The notes below the pieces were generated by a model that was not told the origin of the DNA, searched no databases, and saw only the letters and a list, made by a program, of their open reading frames with translations. Positions 60,430 to 64,000 of a DNA stretch of 64,000 nucleotides are shown here, piece after piece. Origin of the DNA: Amoebidium appalachense (Eukaryota > Protista > Ichthyosporea); the NCBI GenBank assembly GCA_963693365.1, contig CAVNZM010000004.1, positions 13,948,524 to 14,012,523 of the forward strand. Direction: 5' to 3'. The number at the start of each line of letters is the position of its first letter. The first letter of the stretch is position 1. The position numbers and the translations under genes are program-made.

Positions 60430-63225
60430 CTATGACCAGTGTGTGCACGTGCTACACGACCCGTTAATCATCGAGTGCTATTTATAGCATCCTGACACCC
60501 TTGAACCATACCACATGGAAAGTACAGCACATACAAAAAACAGATAGTATGCTACGCACGGGCATGATACACGAGCACACAAACCCACAAACATACACAC
60601 ACGCACGTCCACATGCATGCACACAGTACTAGCTGCACACACTACCATCTGCACACAGTACCAGCTACACACAGTACCACTACCACATCCACACAGTACC
60701 ACCTGCACACAGTACCACCTGCACATAGTACCACCTGCACACAGTACTACCTGCGCACAGTACCACCTGCACACAGTACCACCTGCACACAGTACCACCT
60801 GCACACCATACCACCTGCACACAGTACCACCTGCACACAGTACCACTACCACATGCACACAGTACCACTACCACATGCACACAGTACCACCTGCACACAT
60901 TACCACCTGCACACAGTACCACCTGCACACAGTGCCACCTGTACACAGTGCCACCTGCACACAGTACCACCTGCACACAGTGCCACCTGCACACAGTGCC
61001 ACCTGCACACAGTACCACCTGCACACAGTGCCACCTGCACACAGTGCCACCTGCACACAGTACCACCTGCACACACACCTGCACACAGTGCCACCTGCAC
61101 ACAGTACCACTCGCACACAGTACCACCTGCACAAAGTACCATATTTGCGCACAGTACCTTATGCACCCCGTACCTTATTTGCGCACATCAGGTCGTGGGC
61201 CATGGCCTGCAGCTCGGCCTTGTCTTGGGCCAGTGTGTCTATTTTTATCCCCAGCGCCTGGTTCTCCCGCTGCAGCTCCTCCACCGCCTCCCGCAGTTGC
61301 TGTATATGGTTAAGTTTCAGCCAACCACACCGTGCTTACCGCCTTTTCTTTCCGTTTGTTTTTTTCCCTTTTCTGGGAGGGGGGGGGGGGGGGGGCACGT
61401 TTGTCAGGCTGAGTAGGTTGTCGAAATGGCGGCTGAATGTTAAAGGTAGCCAGTCGATGGTTTCTTGCACAGCCAGCATATGTGCCATAATAATACTCTT
61501 GGCTTCCAACCAACCTTAGCACAAGGAGCTACCCATGCAGGACTCAAATCCTTATGCAGACTGAGTGAATGGTGCAAATACACAAGTGATGACCGTGCTG
61601 ATACCCTTGGTAGAATACCTATTGTATTCAATGAACATGGTGTGGTATTGTTGTGGTATTTGCAATCCATGGTTTCGCAAAGCAACTTCATTCGTTTATC
61701 ACAAAGTGATACCCACTGCCAACAGTCGTTTATCCCATTCTGACCGTTACCATGTTTGTTCGAGCGTGTATACCAACTCTCGGCCTGAACTGCCAACTGA
61801 GGTGCAAGGATAAGATGCTGTGTGTATGTGTGTTGCATGGTTCCTAATCGTGTGTGATACACGATAAAGGCACAAATCTCAAAAGTGTAAACTTGTACAG
61901 GGATGACAGTGGAATGGGGGCAGGCAGTGGGGAAAGCGATGGTCTGGGGGGGAAGGGGGGGGGGGGAGAGGGGGGGGGGGGAGAGGGAGAGAGGGAGGGA
62001 AAGAGGAGGCGGGGGAGGGGGTTAAAAATGTTTTACAGCTTAAGAAGTATGCAATCACGATGGACAAAAGCACTCAAAGCCTGCAAAGCACACACAGAAT
62101 ATGCACCATAAGTAGCCTATAATCCGGGAGAGGAGGGGGGAGAGAGGGGGGGGGGAGGGGCAAGCAAAGTGAGCAGCATGCAGCCACATGCACACTCACC
62201 GTCAGCTGCTCCTTCTTCTTCTGGCGGCACAGCTGGGCCGCCTCTCTGTTCTTCTCCCTCCTGCGCTGGTATCTGAGCTCGGCCACGGGCCCATCATCCA
62301 CACTGGCCCGCCTGCCCCCCTGGCTGACCATGGAGTCCACAGAGTGACGACGGCACCTTGCTTTGCGCGTGCTACTGGGGGCATCATCCATGCGCACATC
62401 ACCGCTATCATCACTGCGTGTGGGCGGTGTGGCTGGCTTCTGGCCTACCCCGGGCTCGTGTTTGACCCCTTCTTCTGCCTCTCTTTCTGCTGACGCCACT
62501 GCGGCCAGGGCCATAAGCGAGTTGAAGCCCTGTCCAGGCCCAGCACTTATGGTGTGGGGGTATGTCTGTGTGTGCTGGGCCACGGTGTCTGTGGAGTAGC
62601 GCCGCTGCATGGCTGTGTCGTCCCCCTCTAGCTGCTGCACCTCCCACGTGCTCCGTGCATACTCGGGGGGTGCAAAGTAGTGTGTGTGCTCGGCCCCCCA
62701 TAGCTGCAAGGAGGTATTTTGTGTGTGTGTGTGTGGGGGGAGGGGGGGGAGGGGGGAGGGGGGAGGGGGGGGGGGAGGGGAGATATATTGTTACACCGGG
62801 CACATATCATGTACGTAGAGTGCCTTCCTGAACCACAAGGTTGTCGGTGTTTGTGGATCATGTTGACCCTTCTGCACTTTTAATGCATTCGTTCCTCACA
62901 GAAGCATGTGCATGTGCTTTGAATCATCATACATGCACACCTGTCGAATCTGCACGTATACATATGCATCACTGCAAGCAGGCACGAGACGCAGGAGTTC
63001 TTAGGGCCCATCTACAAACAAACCCAATCACATAAGCATACGCAGATACACAATACCTCACACAACAGCACGCACCGGTCTTCTAAGCATTTGCCCCCCC
63101 TCCCCCCCCCCGGCGGAACATGCCCCCCCTCCCCCCTCCCCCCCTTCTCTTGTGGGTAGGTGTGCTACCGTCATAGGCTGGGGGCCACCTGCCACCACTG
63201 CGGCCTGTCCGGGCACAGCCATCAT
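60430..63225 (-). CDS. bZIP transcription factor (ATF/CREB/Fos-like basic region)
   Basis: Phase-consistent exons: 63225-63169 (MMAVPGQ...|gtagca); 62703-62200 (...RYQRRREKNREAAQLCRQKKKEQLT|gtgagt); 61299-61174 (QLREAVEELQRENQALGIKIDTLAQDKAELQ, leucine zipper); probable last exon 60477-60430 (HSMINGSCSTCTHWS*). Confidence 0.88.
60617..61165. repeat. 16-bp minisatellite (cacacagt(a/g)ccacctg)n, ~30 units, in a bZIP intron
   Basis: Directly visible tandem array, with variant units such as ccactaccacat insertions. Confidence 0.95.
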
Positions 63226-64000
63226 ATGGAAGGATCCTTCCTAGACCCGCAGGTATCTGCACACGGTGCGTGTCGTTAGCACCTAGACCACCATGACAAA
63301 AGAGTATGCTGAAGGAAGGTTACTTTGCTTGAAACGAAGTCTCAGCAGGATCCAGGGGGCTGGTACCCACCCAAACGACGGCAGCATGGAATATGACATT
63401 CATGAAACGGTAAAAAGAAAAAAATGAAACTGGTGCCTTTCGCTCGCTTTTCTATCTTGTTCCTCACTTTCTCTCCGCCTCTTTCGTCCTCAGGTTGACT
63501 CGCCTCAAACACATGCTTACTCTCTCTTTCTCTCCACCCCCTCCCCACCACCCCCTTCCGCAACCCCCTCCCCACCCGCCCTCTGGTCCCCTCAATCCTT
63601 ACGCATGGTTAACATAGAAACGAAGCCTCTACAACAGTCTGCAGAAGGGAGACAGATGAGATCTACCACTTTGGTGCTGAAGTGTCGTCCCCTTATTACT
63701 CGCCCTGCACACGGGCTCATCGCTCGCTCTAGTAACGGTACAGAGCATCACCCCTACACTAGCCTTATGGCTGTGTATAAGATCTTGCATAGAGCGTGTG
63801 ACCCACACCTACCTAATATTTAAAAATGAACCAGCTCCGCAACGCTTGGTACCAAGTCCCACCAGAGGCAATACTGTGTGCACTGTTCCCACCACGTTAC
63901 AACTTGACGCCCTCCTAAAGATGCCTGAATCTCATCTGCCCAATACTTAACCCTACCACCACCATTAGCTGGCCGTCGAAGCTAACACAAAAAAGGCTGG

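Overview
This is eukaryotic, intron-rich genomic DNA with GT-AG introns, saturated with (CA/TG)n, (GA/TC)n and poly-G/poly-C tracts. Most ORFs in the supplied track are low-complexity artefacts. The gene set suggests an opisthokont, tentatively a unicellular holozoan (inference only). Genes reconstructed by hand: (1) the 3' part of a multi-exon CotA/bilirubin-oxidase-type multicopper oxidase (+, ends 6468); (2) a villin/supervillin-like gene (+, 10554-23566); (3) an EGF-like/TM/SH3 single-pass protein (-, 26472-29591); (4) an SH3BP5-family coiled-coil protein (-, ~39810-44987); (5) an intronless forkhead transcription factor (-, 47967-48965); (6) a bZIP transcription factor (-, 60430-63225). 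Mobile and repeat content: two related non-LTR retrotransposon copies (one runs from its stop codon into a (CA)n tract), a ~625-bp TIR-bounded element filled with palindromic GCAGAATTATTCTGC units, and two long fold-back inverted repeats. Three intronic tandem repeats are built from the adjacent splice junctions. No CRISPR array, rRNA or convincing tRNA was found. No database searches were run, so family assignments rest on motif recognition.
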